Counted from the stretch's first letter, positions 23,835 through 36,139 are shown. The stretch is DNA of 64,000 bases from Macrostomum hystrix (GCA_950097015.1 CATNEN010000029.1:7378001-7442000); one strand, 5' to 3'. Numbers and translations are program-made. Notes: generated from the letters alone by a model not told the origin.

Positions 23835-24490
23835 CTTTCCTTCCTTTACCCTCTTTCTCCACTACCTACCCACTTTCTCCACTCCTTACCCTCTTTCTCC
23901 ACTCCATACCCTCTTTCTCCACTCCCTAACCTCTTTCTCCACTCCCTACCCTCTTTCTCAACACCACACCCTCTTTTTCCACTCCCTACCCTCTTTCTCC
24001 ACTCCCTACCCTCTTTCTCAACACCACACCCTCTTTTTCCACTCCCTACCCTCTTTCTCAACACCACACCCTCTTTTTCCACTCCCTACCCTCTTTCTCA
24101 ACACCACACCCTCTTTTTCCACTCCCTACCCTCTTTCTCAACACCACACCCTCTTTCTCCACTCCCTACCCTCTTTCTCAACACCACACCCTCTTTTTCC
24201 ACTCCCTACCCTCTTTCTCCACTCCCTACCCTCTTTCTCCACTCCCTACCCTCTTTCTCAACACCACACCCTCTTTCTCCACTCCCTACCCTCTTTCTCA
24301 ACACCACACCCTCTTTCTCCACTCCCTACCCTCTTTCTCAACACCACACCCTCTTTCTCCACTCCCTACCCTCTTTCACCACTCCTTACCCTCTTTCTCC
24401 ACTCCCTACCCTCTCTCTCCACTCCCTACCCTCTTTCTCCACTCCCTACCCTCTTTCTCCACTCCCTACCCTCTTTCTCCACTCCCTACC
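23835..24490. repeat. 20-bp pyrimidine-rich minisatellite (CCCTCTTTCTCCACTCCCTA / CCCTCTTTCTCAACACCACA)
   Basis: Direct reading. Confidence 0.95.
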
Positions 24491-24579
24491 TTCGTTTTCC
24501 CTTCCATACGATTTTTCTCCACACCTTACTCTTCATTTTAACGCTATCTTTTTTTCCTTATTTTCAGCGCATTCACGGT

Positions 24580-26323
24580 ATGATCGCGTGTTTCGAGTCC
24601 CTGTTGCTATTAGCAACCGCATTACTAAGCTGTCCGGCTAGCGGCTGTCTAAACAGCCAATTAGATCTAGCCGGATGGCAAGAAAATGTCACAATTTCGG
24701 TCGCCGCCAATCAGAGCTGCGCCAGTGTCACGATTGTCGCTAAATCCTTCTACAGCGGCTTGCTGGTCACAGTCGGCCGGCTGAATTCGTCCTCCGGCTT
24801 CGGCGCTCGGCTGACCCTCGCCGAATCGTCCGGTCCGCAGATATTGAATTTGACAGCGTCGTCGACTTCAGCGCCGCGTCAGGCCGTCCTGGGCGTCGAC
24901 GATGGTCGGTTCTGGGCCAGCCTAGCCAAGCTGAATTCGGATTCCTCGACTGCCTACGCCCAGCTGACTGTGCGGCCAATCGAAATGAGCGCCTGCCCGC
25001 ACGGCTGGTCCAAGGGCACTTACAGATCCAATACCGTCTGCTACGGCGTCCCGGTTGTCAATGGTTACGCTAGCTTTGCCGACTCGGCCAGGCTGTGCAA
25101 ATTGGTGCGGGCAAATGTAGCTATCGATTTTTCTACTAGTCAATACTACTTGGACAGCGCCATTAGAAAACGTGACTGGGTTGGCCTTAGCGGGCCGTAC
25201 TGGGTTGGCCTGATGGACTACAACGGCAAGATGTATTACATAACTGGCGAGCCTTACTATCAGAGGTGAGTGCGGAAATTTTCAGGAATCCCCTGGACTT
25301 TGCAATAAACCGCTCAGGGGTACTACCCTTTGGCTTTTCGGAAATTCACTTGGCAATTTATCTACAAAAAAATCCACTGGCCAATTTTCTAAGAAACGCA
25401 CTGATTCGATCTTCTAAGAAAGCTACAGGAAAATCTTCTAAAACACCCACTGGCAGATATTCTAAGAAACCCACTGGCAGATATTCTAAGAAACCCACTG
25501 GCATATATTCTAAGAAACCCACTGGCAGATATTCTAAGACACACTGGCAGATATTCTAAGAAACCCACTGGCAGATATTCTAAGAAACCCACTGGCAGAT
25601 ATTCTAAGAAACCCACTGACAGATATTCTACGAAACACACACCAATGGATGTTTAAGAAATCCCCTCTATCCCTAGAGAAACTTATTTGCTCCACACAGA
25701 AACCCACTGGCTCCCCACAGAAACCCATTATTTTTATATTCGAGCTTGTATTCGAATGATACGCCATAACCGCATGCAATGTCTGCGTAACTGCTATTCC
25801 GCTCAGCAAACCGTCCAGCTTCCGGCTGTCAGTCTCTTGTTCATCATCCGGCTCATGCAAATGCGTATTATACGAAGGAGGCTATTTCTATCTGGACAAT
25901 TGCGCCAGCCGGGTGGCTTATCCGCTGTGCTCAGCCCCAATTGGCGGTGTCATAAATGATGATAACTACTATAATCCGTCCAGCATTTCGGCCTACATCA
26001 GGCGCTGGTCTTTAACAAGCAATAGCGGCAATTCGCTGCTACTGTGGCGCAACTATTGGCCAGCTATAGCCGTGGCCGCATTCCTCACCGTGGGACTCTC
26101 TGTGGCATTTAGAATATTTTATCGGATGCGAGCTGCTCGCGCTATTAATAACCGTCGACTGGCCTTGACCACTAGCGCGATTCAGCAGCAGCAGCAGCAG
26201 CAGCCGCCACCTGGCTCCTATCCGATTCAGACCGGCAACAACACGAACGACCTGACTGTGTGGCAGCAGCCGCAGACCATGACTTATCAGCCGCCGCAGC
26301 CGCCGCCTTACACTGTCTACTAA
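24580..26323 (+). CDS. Receptor paralog 5 (most divergent): join(24580..25265,25807..26323), about 400 aa
   Basis: Signal peptide MIACFESLLLLATALLSCPASG; CPHGW...CY, WVGL, CSSSGSCKCVLY, YPLCS; TM YWPAIAVAAFLTVGLSVAF; tail PPGSY and PPPY. Same phase-2 intron position. Confidence 0.83.
25435..25640. repeat. 24-bp minisatellite (AAGAAACCCACTGGCAGATATTCT), paralog 5 intron
   Basis: Direct reading. Confidence 0.9.
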
Positions 26324-26584
26324 AATTCTAGCTATCAGTGCGATGCCCCGCCAGCTTTGGCTGGTGCTGTTGCGCCAGAAGTTCCGGCTGATCAGGCCAG
26401 CCAGGCTAAAGTGAACCCACCTGAAATCAATGATTGACAGCTGAGCTCTTGGATACCGATTTTATAAATTCTGGCAACTTTTTTCGAGAATTATCCGAGA
26501 ATTATCTCTATTCTTCATATTCCTTATTCACGAAATGAAATCAATTCAACGAATTCCTAGTTCACTTAGCCTACAGCTCATCGA

Positions 26585-27570
26585 AGTTTTAGTTCACTGA
26601 ATTTTCAGTTCACTGAATTTTCAGTTCACTGAATTCCCAGTTCACTGAATTCCCAGTTCACTGAATTCCCAGTTCACTGAATTCCCAGTTCACTGAATTC
26701 CCAGTTCACTGAATTCCCAGTTCACTGAATTCCCAGTTCACTGAATACCCAGTTCACTGAATTCCCCGTTCACTGAATTCCCAGTTCACTGAATTCCCAG
26801 TTCACTGAATTTTCAGTTCACTGAATTTTCAGTTCACTGAATTCCCAGTTCACTGAATTCCAAGTTCACTGAATTCCAAGTTCACTGAATTCCCAGTTCA
26901 CTGGATTCCCAGTTCACTGAATTCCTAGTTCACTGGATTCCCAGTTCACTGAATTCCCAGTTCACTGAATTCCAGTTCACTGGATTCCCAGTTCACTGAA
27001 TTCCCAGTTCACTGAATTCCCAGTTCACTAAATTCCCATTTCATTGAATCCCAGTTCACTGAATTCCCAGTTCACTGAATTCCCAGTTCACTGGATTCCC
27101 AGTTCACTGAATTCCCAGTTCACTGAATTCCCAGTTCACTGAATTCCCAGTTCACTGAATTCCAGTTCACTGAATTCCAGTTCACTGAATTCCCAGTTCA
27201 CTGAATTCCCAGTTCACTGAATTCCCAGTTCACTGAATTCCCAGTTCACTGAATTCCCAGTTCACTGAATTCCCAGTTCACTGAATTCCCAGTTCACTGA
27301 ATTCCCAGTTCACTGAATTCCCAGTTCACTGAATTCCCAGTTCACTGGATTCCCAGTTCACTGAATTCCCAGTTCACTGAATTCCCAGTTCACGGAAATC
27401 CCAGTTCACTGAATTCCCTGTTCAATGAATTCCCAGTTCACTCAATTCCCAGTTCACTGAATTCCCAGTTCACTCAATTCCCTGTTCACTGAATTCCCAG
27501 TTTACTGAATTCCCAGTTCACTCAATCCCCAGTTCACTCAATTCCCAGTTCACTCAATTCCCTATTCACC
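26585..27570. repeat. 16-bp minisatellite (CCCAGTTCACTGAATT)
   Basis: Direct reading. Confidence 0.97.
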
Positions 27571-29189
27571 GAATTTCCAATTTTACTTTTTTTACTTTTT
27601 AGTTCCGCATTCGGGTTGAGATTGGATCTAGTTAACAAAAAATAGTTGTTTTTTACAAGCCTACAAACTGGTGTATCTGTACTGTACTGGTGAATGTTGT
27701 GTCTAGAAATAGAGAGCCTATATGTCATGGTCTATTCCTAATCAGATTTACAGTTTTTGCACTTACATATTTTTTCTGTTTTAGACGTTCCTAAACGCCT
27801 GTATTGTTGTCTCATTGGCTTATAACTCTTTTTGGAAAATTGTACTAGCTTTATTATAATTGGTAATTCACATGAACTTAGCAGGCCCTATTAACATGAC
27901 CTGTTTCACGAATGCCTGAGCAGTTCTAAATGTCTCAAACGATTGTTATTTATTATATGTTTTATTTACCTTTGTGTTTTTCTGTTTCCGACAGTTTTAT
28001 TGCATTCCAGCCCTGTCTTTTGTGGCATTCATTTGCTTTTTTACACAATGTTCGTCTTATTTTGCAGCCTTTGTTATTTTTAACTGGAAAACCCAAAGCA
28101 CCTAATCTATTCAGTCGGAAATCGATGGTGATAGTGGTATATTTTCTAAACTCTATATTATTTTGTATTTCTTCGTTTGTTGTGAAGAATTCCGCAATAA
28201 AATGAGACAAAGAAGCAGATTTAATGTATTTTACTTATTAATAGTATTATAAATTTCGGTAAATATATCATCTCATTGATCTGTTTGTTAAAACATAAAA
28301 CATGAAAATGTCTTCAGAATTTAAACCAGCTGATTCATTTTTTCCTTTTTGCTGTGGGGCTGAATCTGCTCTCTTTAGAAGGAAAGTCTATTTGGGAAGA
28401 CTTGGTTAGTCTATATAGCATAGGTTATATGGTATAGATGGCTAAGGCTTAATAAAATTCAGTATCTGCTCTCATCAGCATTAGGCCTCGTAGCATATGC
28501 TGAAAGGTGTAGCAGGGGGTCAAAGCCGGGGTTTGGGAGTTCTAGAGCTCCGATGCCTCGTATTTGACCAGAAGAGTAAAATGTGAGTTATTTCTACATT
28601 CTATCTAGTGCTTCTCAAGCCGATTTCGATAATGCCAAACAGTTTGTTGGGCAAATCAGCCCAAGAACAGTCATGGCTATTTTTAACGTTAAGGGAATTT
28701 ATAGCTAAAATTAACTTATTTCATAGCAGCAAATCGAATGCTTGCAGAAAGAAAATTTTATTTGTTATTGTATTCTATTTTTCTTTTGGGCTCAGAAAGT
28801 TTGTTGAAATGGTTTATCGAAACGTTTCTTATTTTAAACTAATATTATTCTTAGAAATCGAGGATAGTTTTCTGCAAATATGGTCAAATGTATACGCCAT
28901 GTCCGGTCAACATTCTTGATAGATTGATATGCATTCCTGAAAGCTATTTTCATTAAAATATTAGTTAATGTACAATGTAAATAACCACTTATCTTTTATG
29001 TAGCAGTTCTTATTTGTTTTTATTTCTTGTATTTCTTGTATTCTCCTCATGTAAAAGGCAAAGATCTTTTTTATTTGTCAAAAGTGAATAGTTAATTACA
29101 TGAATAGTATACGGACTAAAATTTTTGGCTTTCACTAAAATGTGCAATACTTGTCACTTAAAAACTTTAGTGGGCACTATTATGGACTT

Positions 29190-29550
29190 GGAGGGCTAGT
29201 GGCAGATTGGTTAACATGGTAAATGCCACTTGTGCCAATGTCTCTGAGCTAGGTTCTGCGGCGAGGCCACATCATTTGGGGCACCGCATAGCTTGGGGTC
29301 TAGTCGTACAATTTACGTCCATAAGGCCAAGCTACAATGCTCAACGAAAGAGTACACTGCCTGACAAATAAACCGAATTTGGCTAAAGTCATATGGTTAA
29401 GCAAGCATTTGTACACATCTGTGTGAGCATGTGTCCAGGCATATAGTATCTGTGTGAGTATGTGCTCAGAAGTCAGCGAAATGGGCAGAATAATATCATT
29501 GCTGGCTGCAGGTCTAGTGTCAGCAAATGATGTGCCATTGCTGTAGCCCT
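29190..29550 (+). mobile_element. Older, diverged copy of SINE-like family A
   Basis: Shares CTGCGGCGAGGCCACAT, TGTACACATCTGTGTGA, GTATCTGTGTGAGT.TG.GCTCAG and AAATGATGTGCCATT with 35560-35950. Confidence 0.6.
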
Positions 29551-31730
29551 CCTTTAATAAAAACAAATTTTATTTTTATCATGGACTTCACTTTAAGCCT
29601 ATTAAATTTGCTGTTATAATATTATTCTGTTGATTATTAAAAACTTTTATATACATAGTAATGAGATGTGTTTACCAGTTAGTATTTCAATTACTCTGTT
29701 TTATTTATTTTGTTTGCTTTCTTAATAAACTTTAGTATTTCAATATAATGTATAATTAAATTATTTTGTATTAGCTAGACTAAAAATTAGCAGTAGAAGA
29801 GTTTTTAATATGAATGGTATTTGTCATGACTTCAAACTATAAAGTTCAACTGTACTTAATTCATACAATATTAGGTCTTACATACTTGTATAATTTTCTA
29901 AAATTACATCATATCTTCTTTCTGTCTAAGGGATCTGGATCAAATTAAAATCTTTATCCTCTGTTTTTAATCGTTTCGATTTGGAAGTTGAAATACAGTT
30001 TTTTGAATAACTTTTACAGTTTGTTTAGGGTAAATTTGGTCTTTTTCAGTGAAAACAAATAGAATAATTAGAATTGGGTGAACACAGAAAGGTGAAGAAA
30101 GGCAAAGGTTGAGATTCGCCCTTGAATTTTTTTGGCAGTGCCCAAATGCTAACAGCATTGGTTGGTGACTGATTGGTTGACAGACTAGGCGATGGTGTCC
30201 TGTGGTTGAGCTGCGCCTAATATTTAGGCTTGATTGATGAAATTGCAGAAATTCATGTCAGGGTGTCCATAGTGGCCTAGTTCGACCTGTTGTAGCCCTT
30301 AAAGGTCCAGCAGTCCGTCTTGATAAAGGTAGGTGACCAACGAAGACATAGATGATGCAGGCACATTCGGGTGACATGCCGATAAATTTTGAAGGACTGT
30401 CAAGGCTGCACTGAGGCGCAGTGCTAATTCGTGTATAGGGCTGTGTGAAATACACCTGCGCTTATGGGAAAACTCTGACCTTCGGCCAGAACCATTGAAT
30501 ATCTCGACGGTCTGAAGAGCTGGCGACTTGGTTATTGTTTCAAGAGATGCGTAAGAAAAAGTTGGCCCATATTCTTGAGTTTCGTGTGCTTGTGTTGCTC
30601 TTTTCAGGTGCAGCAAAAGAAATTGTCAGTTGGGAGAAAAATTTCTCCCCCTCTTGGTAGTTCTACTGTTAAACTAAGTTAGTTTGCAAACAACCTTCAA
30701 CAGACTATAAGTGTAGCATCATCCTTCCACATCTAGTCTTCTTCTAGTAGTCCTAACGATGGGACTTTAAGTCAGAGTTTTTGCAGACATATTAGCTAGT
30801 ATTGCATACATGATTAGAAAGTTTTTAAGTCTGTGTTCAGTTAATGCTTTTTTAAAGAGGACGCTTTGGCTAGGTGAAGGATTTATACTTCAAAATCCAT
30901 GCAAACACAAAAGTACATGCATTAAAATGTCTAATCAAAAGTGTTCTATTTGTGGCTACAGAAGAAAGCCCATTTCATTTGATTTCCTACCTAAAATATT
31001 CTAGCCACATCTGTTCTCTGTCACCTGTGCTGTCACGTGTGCTTTTCACTCTCTGCTGCAATAAACAATTGTTCTGGCTGTCCGATCTCGTGAAGGCACA
31101 AGTGAAAACTAGCTCTGCGGGGTGCTATAAATAGAGATTAGGCTCAGAGCGGTTAGAGAACTGTTTATAGATATTCTTATACCGGGACAATCAATTTTGG
31201 TAACTCTGTTGCGCAATTTTGCAGGTTAGTAAGTTTCTCGTGTGCTTAAATTCGGTCTCTATTTGGTATCTTTTTTAAGCTAAACTATTTCAATTTTCTG
31301 ATTTAAATCCGTTTGCCTTCGCTTTCGCATTATTTTGTATACGTGTATGCCAGTCATTTTTAGTTGTGTTATTCTGTCTTTCTCTTCTCTTGACTTCAGT
31401 TTCGTTACAGTGCCGATAGCATCTTTAAAAATGTATTTCTCAAGTAGAACTATTTTAATACATTTCCAAATTCCTAAACAGTGGGCTGTCTATTATATCT
31501 CTTGCTATTGGATCATCTCATCCTATGCGCATGATGCAGCCAACGTAAACTTTTGATTTTTCACCTCTTAGCGTACATCGCATGATGTGAAGGCTGAACT
31601 TTATGAAATATTCATAGCGAACTTGACAAAACCTGCTGGTCTATACTACTTGTAGTACGATCATACTTTCAATTTTAAACCTTTTTCTACGAAAACACAG
31701 TTGAACTGTTGGATTTTTTCTCAACCATTA

Positions 31731-31965
31731 ATGTACACTCATCCCTCACCAAACCTTCTTGCCCCACAGTGTACACTATAAGGATTTCCCTTCTCACAGC
31801 CTCTCATGTACATTCATCCCTCACCAAACCTTCTTGCCCCACAATGTACACTATGAGGATTTCCCTTCTCACAGCCTCTCATGTACACTTATCCCTCACC
31901 TAACCTACCTGCCCCACAATGTACACTATGAGGATATCCCTTCTCTCAGCCTCTCATGTACACTC
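31731..31965. repeat. 75-bp unit, about 3 copies
   Basis: Starts at 31731, 31806, 31881 and 31956. Confidence 0.88.
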
Positions 31966-32110
31966 ATCCATCCTCCACTTAACCTTCCTACCCCACTTAA
32001 CCTTCCTGTACACTGGTTTAATGTACCCATTTGACTCACTATCTGTTCTGCACGGATTTATTAAGCTCCAATAAATCACTCTATTGAATTCTTGCAGCCA
32101 GTCAGTCCGA

Positions 32111-34626
32111 ATGACGTCAGATAGAAGGGCCTTTCAAACTTGCCAACCAGTGAGGTATTTTTTGCTACTGTTGCTAGCCTCACTAACGCTAGCCAATGCT
32201 AGTGTACTCCGCTTTGACCAGTCGCCAGGCAAGACTCCTATCATTCTAATCCCTGGCGACGGCGGCAGCCAAATCGAGGCCCGCCTAGACGGCAAGCCGT
32301 CAGTGCCGCATTCCTGGTGCTCGAAGCGAACCTCGAACTTTTATCCAATCTGGCTCAACCTGGAACTGCTAAGCGCGTTCACAGTCGACTGTCTTGTTGA
32401 CGATTTTCGCTTAGTATTCGACCCGGCCACTAATAAGAGCCACAATGCGCCCAAAGTTGTCACCAGAGTGCCCGGATTTGGCGATACAGCCACTGTTGAA
32501 TACTTTGACAGTTCGCGCATCTTTGCCAGCGCTTATTTCAACGATTTGGCTGCTAAGCTGGTTGCCATTGGTTACAAAAGAAATGTAACTCTGCGCGGCG
32601 CTCCATTCGATTTTAGACGAGGCGTGCATGATAATCCGGAGTTTCAGGTGAGCGAGCTCCTCGGATTAAAGGGTGGGCAGCTCACAGACCCAGTGAGTGG
32701 CAGCTCACAGACCCAGTGAGTGGCAGCTCACAGACCCAGTGGGGGGGCAGCTCACAGACCCAGTGGGGGGGCAGCTCACAGACCCAGTGAGTGGCAGCTC
32801 ACAGACCCAGTGGGGGGGCCGCTCACAGACCCAGTGGGGGGGGGCAGCTCACAGACCCAGTGGGAGAGGCAGCTCACAGATCCAATGGGGGGGCAGCTCA
32901 CAGACCCAGTGGGGGGCAGCTCACAGACCCAGTGGAGAGGCAGCTCACAGACCCAGTGAGAGGGGCAGCTCACAGACCCAGTGAGAGGGGCAGCTCACAG
33001 ACCCAGTGAGAGGGGCAGCTCACAGACCCAGTGAGTGGCAGCTCACAGACCCAGTGGGGGGGGGGGGGCAGCTCACAGACCCAGTGGGGGGCAGCTCACA
33101 GACCCAGTGGGGGGGGTGGCAGCTCACAGACCCAGTGAGAGGAGCAGCTCACAGATCCAGTGGGGGGGCAGCTCACAGACCCAGTGAGAGGAGCAGCTCA
33201 CAGATCCAGTGGGGGGGGGCAGCTCACAGACCCAGTGGGGGGGCAGCTCAGACCCAGTGGGGGGGCAGCTCAGACCCAGTGGGGGGGCAGCTCAGACCCA
33301 GTGGGGGGGCAGCTCACAAAACTGATTTGCAGACTGAATTGCCTGCAGGCCGACCTGAAATCGCTAATCGAAGCCACCAGCGCAGCCAACTCAGGCCGGC
33401 CCTGCCTGGTGGTGGCGCACAGCTACGGCAACACAATGGCCCTGGCCATGCTGCAGCGCCAATCCGCCGATTGGAAGCGGCGCCACATTCGCGCCCTGCT
33501 GGCTGTGGCAGCGCCATTGGGAGGCGCTGTTAAAACCCTCCGCCTGATGGCTAGCGGCGACAGTCTAAACATTCCACTCGAGCGGCCGCTGGCTATGCGA
33601 CCTTTGCAGCGATCGCTGACATCGACGGCGCTGCTGATGCCGCATTCGAGGTTCTGGCCGGCTGGGGAGACCCTGGTTAGCCGTCCGGGTAGGAACTACT
33701 CAACGGCTGATTATGATCAGTTCTTCGCCGATATTGGCTATCCCATTGGCAGCCGGATGAGGGCCGCCGCTGTGGCCGGTTACCGACCGGATGTGCCGCC
33801 TGGGGTTGAGGTAATTTCTCCAACTGATACCTGCCTGGCCTTATTAAATGACTTCTAATAAATGAACTTTTTTTCGGCGTGATTTACAATCTATACTACT
33901 TATTTAAAAGGTAGTATGGTGTGATAATTAGACTGCAATGCTTCAGGCTACTTGCATATAGCTTGAAATAGACCCGTACATTATATATTACTACTTACGG
34001 TCAATATGGTGCCGCATATGTAGAACAACACAGCTAATTTAGACCACTTAAGGTACATATGTTAAACTAACACCCAGCTACGAGGAAAAACCGAAGCTGA
34101 TATAGAACACCCTATTCGAATTAGAACACCCTATTCGAATTAGAACACACTATTGGAATTAGAACACCGTATTCAAATTAGAACAAATTATAATAAGTCA
34201 ATGTAGAATGCCCCATTTGATGTAGAACATCCATTTGATGTAGAACACCCATTTGATGTAGAACACTCATTTGATGTAGAACACCTCTTTCATGTAGAAC
34301 ACCCATCCGCTGCCAATCACCAGGTGCACTGCATCCACGGCTACGGTCTGAAGACGCCCGGCCGCTTCGTCTGGCGCAGCTTGGCCGACTGGCCAGATGT
34401 TCAGCCGGATGTCAACTACGAGGACGGCGACGGTACGGTGAACGCCCGCAGCTTGGCCGCCTGCTCCGAGCTGTGGGGTCACGGCGCCCAGCCGCAGCCG
34501 GTGTACAATTTTACAATCGCTGGCGCCGAGCACCTGGAAATTCTGCACAATGCAGAATTTCTCTCCTATACTCTGAATGTGGTGCACCGGCTGAATGCCG
34601 AGGCGAACATTGCCGACTCTTTGTAA
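32111..34626 (+). CDS. PLA2G15: Lysosomal phospholipase A2 / LCAT-family acyltransferase: join(32111..32647,33349..33810,34324..34626), about 433 aa
   Basis: Signal peptide; PIILIPGDGGSQIEA, WLNLELL...DC, LRGAPFDFR; nucleophile AHSYG, catalytic Asp in DGDGTV and His in AEHLEIL. Two phase-0 introns. The PLA2G15 versus LCAT assignment is from recalled similarity. Confidence 0.9.
32675..33320. repeat. About 23-bp minisatellite (GGCAGCTCACAGACCCAGTG[AGT/GGG]), lipase intron 1
   Basis: Direct reading. Confidence 0.95.
34103..34305. repeat. 19-bp then 18-bp repeats sharing TAGAACACCC, lipase intron 2
   Basis: Direct reading. Confidence 0.8.
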
Positions 34627-34639
34627 GGTGGTTTTGTCA

Positions 34640-34905
34640 ATGTTGGTTAGCAACTGATTGGGATTTTCAGTGTTGTTAGCAACTGATTGGGAATTTCAGT
34701 GTTGTTAGCAACTGATTGGGATTCTCAGTGTTGTTAGCAACTGATTGGGATTCTCAGAGTTGGTTAGCAACGGATTGGGATTCTCAGAGTTGGTTAGCAA
34801 CTGATTGGGATTCTCAGAGTTGGTTAGCAACGGATTGGGATTCTCAGTGTTGGTTAGCAACGGATTTGGATTCTCGGTGTTGGTTAGCAACGGATTGGGA
34901 TTCTA
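34640..34905. repeat. 30-bp minisatellite (TTAGCAACTGATTGGGATTCTCAGAGTTGG) after the lipase stop
   Basis: Direct reading. Confidence 0.9.
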
Positions 34906-35559
34906 CTATGTTTAATTGCCTAGTGTTTTCTAATGAATGTTGAATCTCATAACAATGGTTGCCATAGCAACAACCCAGCGTATCAAAGTTTGCCTAGATG
35001 TACGAGTTGTACATTGCATGAAATTTTATAGATTTAACTGACATAAGCGATGAGCAAAATAAATTTTTAATCAAGATATAACATCTTAAACTTCTACCAT
35101 TGGATCATTTCAAACTAAAAAATTTATCAGACTTATTTACCACAAAATAAAAATCAGTTGTAAGCATTGGGATTGTTTATTGTAATGCATAATTTTTGTA
35201 TAAAATTTAAATTACGTGTTTCACATTATTCGTAAAATTCTCCGGTTTTCAATTCTACCGTTTTTTAGGATTGGAAAGCTTTTTGTGTCATATTCCATTG
35301 TCTCTAAGCCAGTATTTTAAATCGAAGAGAATTTTTCACCTAACCTGTCTGTCTGAAAAATCCAGTTATCAATAAATACACAGCTTGATTTGACTGAGCG
35401 AAGCGAGAGAGCTCCACGTTTTACACGGATAACTTTTTCTGAATCATTTTTATAACTCATAGTTTCGTAGCCTGAAACCCCACTGGCTTAGTCTTTTATT
35501 ATCTTTGTTTTTTGTGGGGGTTTCGGAAGCCTAAATATGAATGCTATTGGCAGGCATTC

Positions 35560-35950
35560 TCGTTTGTGGCAGAGTGAGTGGGTCAGTGGCAGAACGGTTT
35601 GCCTCTCGCACCACGGTCCCTGAGTTCGATTCCGCGGCGAGGCCGCATTTATTTGGGGCGCAGCTGCGGGGAGAAGGCTTGGGGGCTTGTCGTGAAATTT
35701 ACGCTCTTGGGGGCCAACCTCCAAGGCACAGTGAGAGTGTAAACTGTCTGACGCTGAGAAAGTCAGGGCAGATGTACACACCTGTGTGATCGGGAGCCTG
35801 CTTACGGTATCTGTGTGAGTGTGAGCTCAGGATTCAGCGGAAAGGGTAGAATTGTCTCCTCGCTGGCTGCGGGTCACTAAATGATGTGCCATTTCCCGCA
35901 GCCGTACTGCAATCATTATTATTATTCCCATAATATTAATTATTATAATA
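35560..35950 (+). mobile_element. Longest copy of tRNA-derived SINE-like family A, with (ATT)n tail
   Basis: A-box-like TGGCAGAGTGAGTGG, B-box-like GAGTTCGATTC, and a body shared with two other copies in the window. Confidence 0.72.
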
Positions 35951-36008
35951 ACTACCACTACTACCGCTACTAGTACTACTACTACTACTAATACTACTAC
36001 TACTACTG

Positions 36009-36049
<41 letters not shown>

Positions 36050-36099
36050 GCTACTACTACTACTACTAATACTACTACTACTACTGCTACTACTACTAC

Positions 36100-36139
<40 letters not shown>

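Noticed and set aside
10485-25269. In-frame stop right after the donor in all five receptor genes, suggesting programmed secreted isoforms
   Set aside because: Automatic result of phase-2 introns starting GTAA or GTGA; not evidence by itself.
30180-30660. GC-richer patch with a 105-aa minus-strand ORF
   Set aside because: No recognisable motif or consistent splice structure in any frame.
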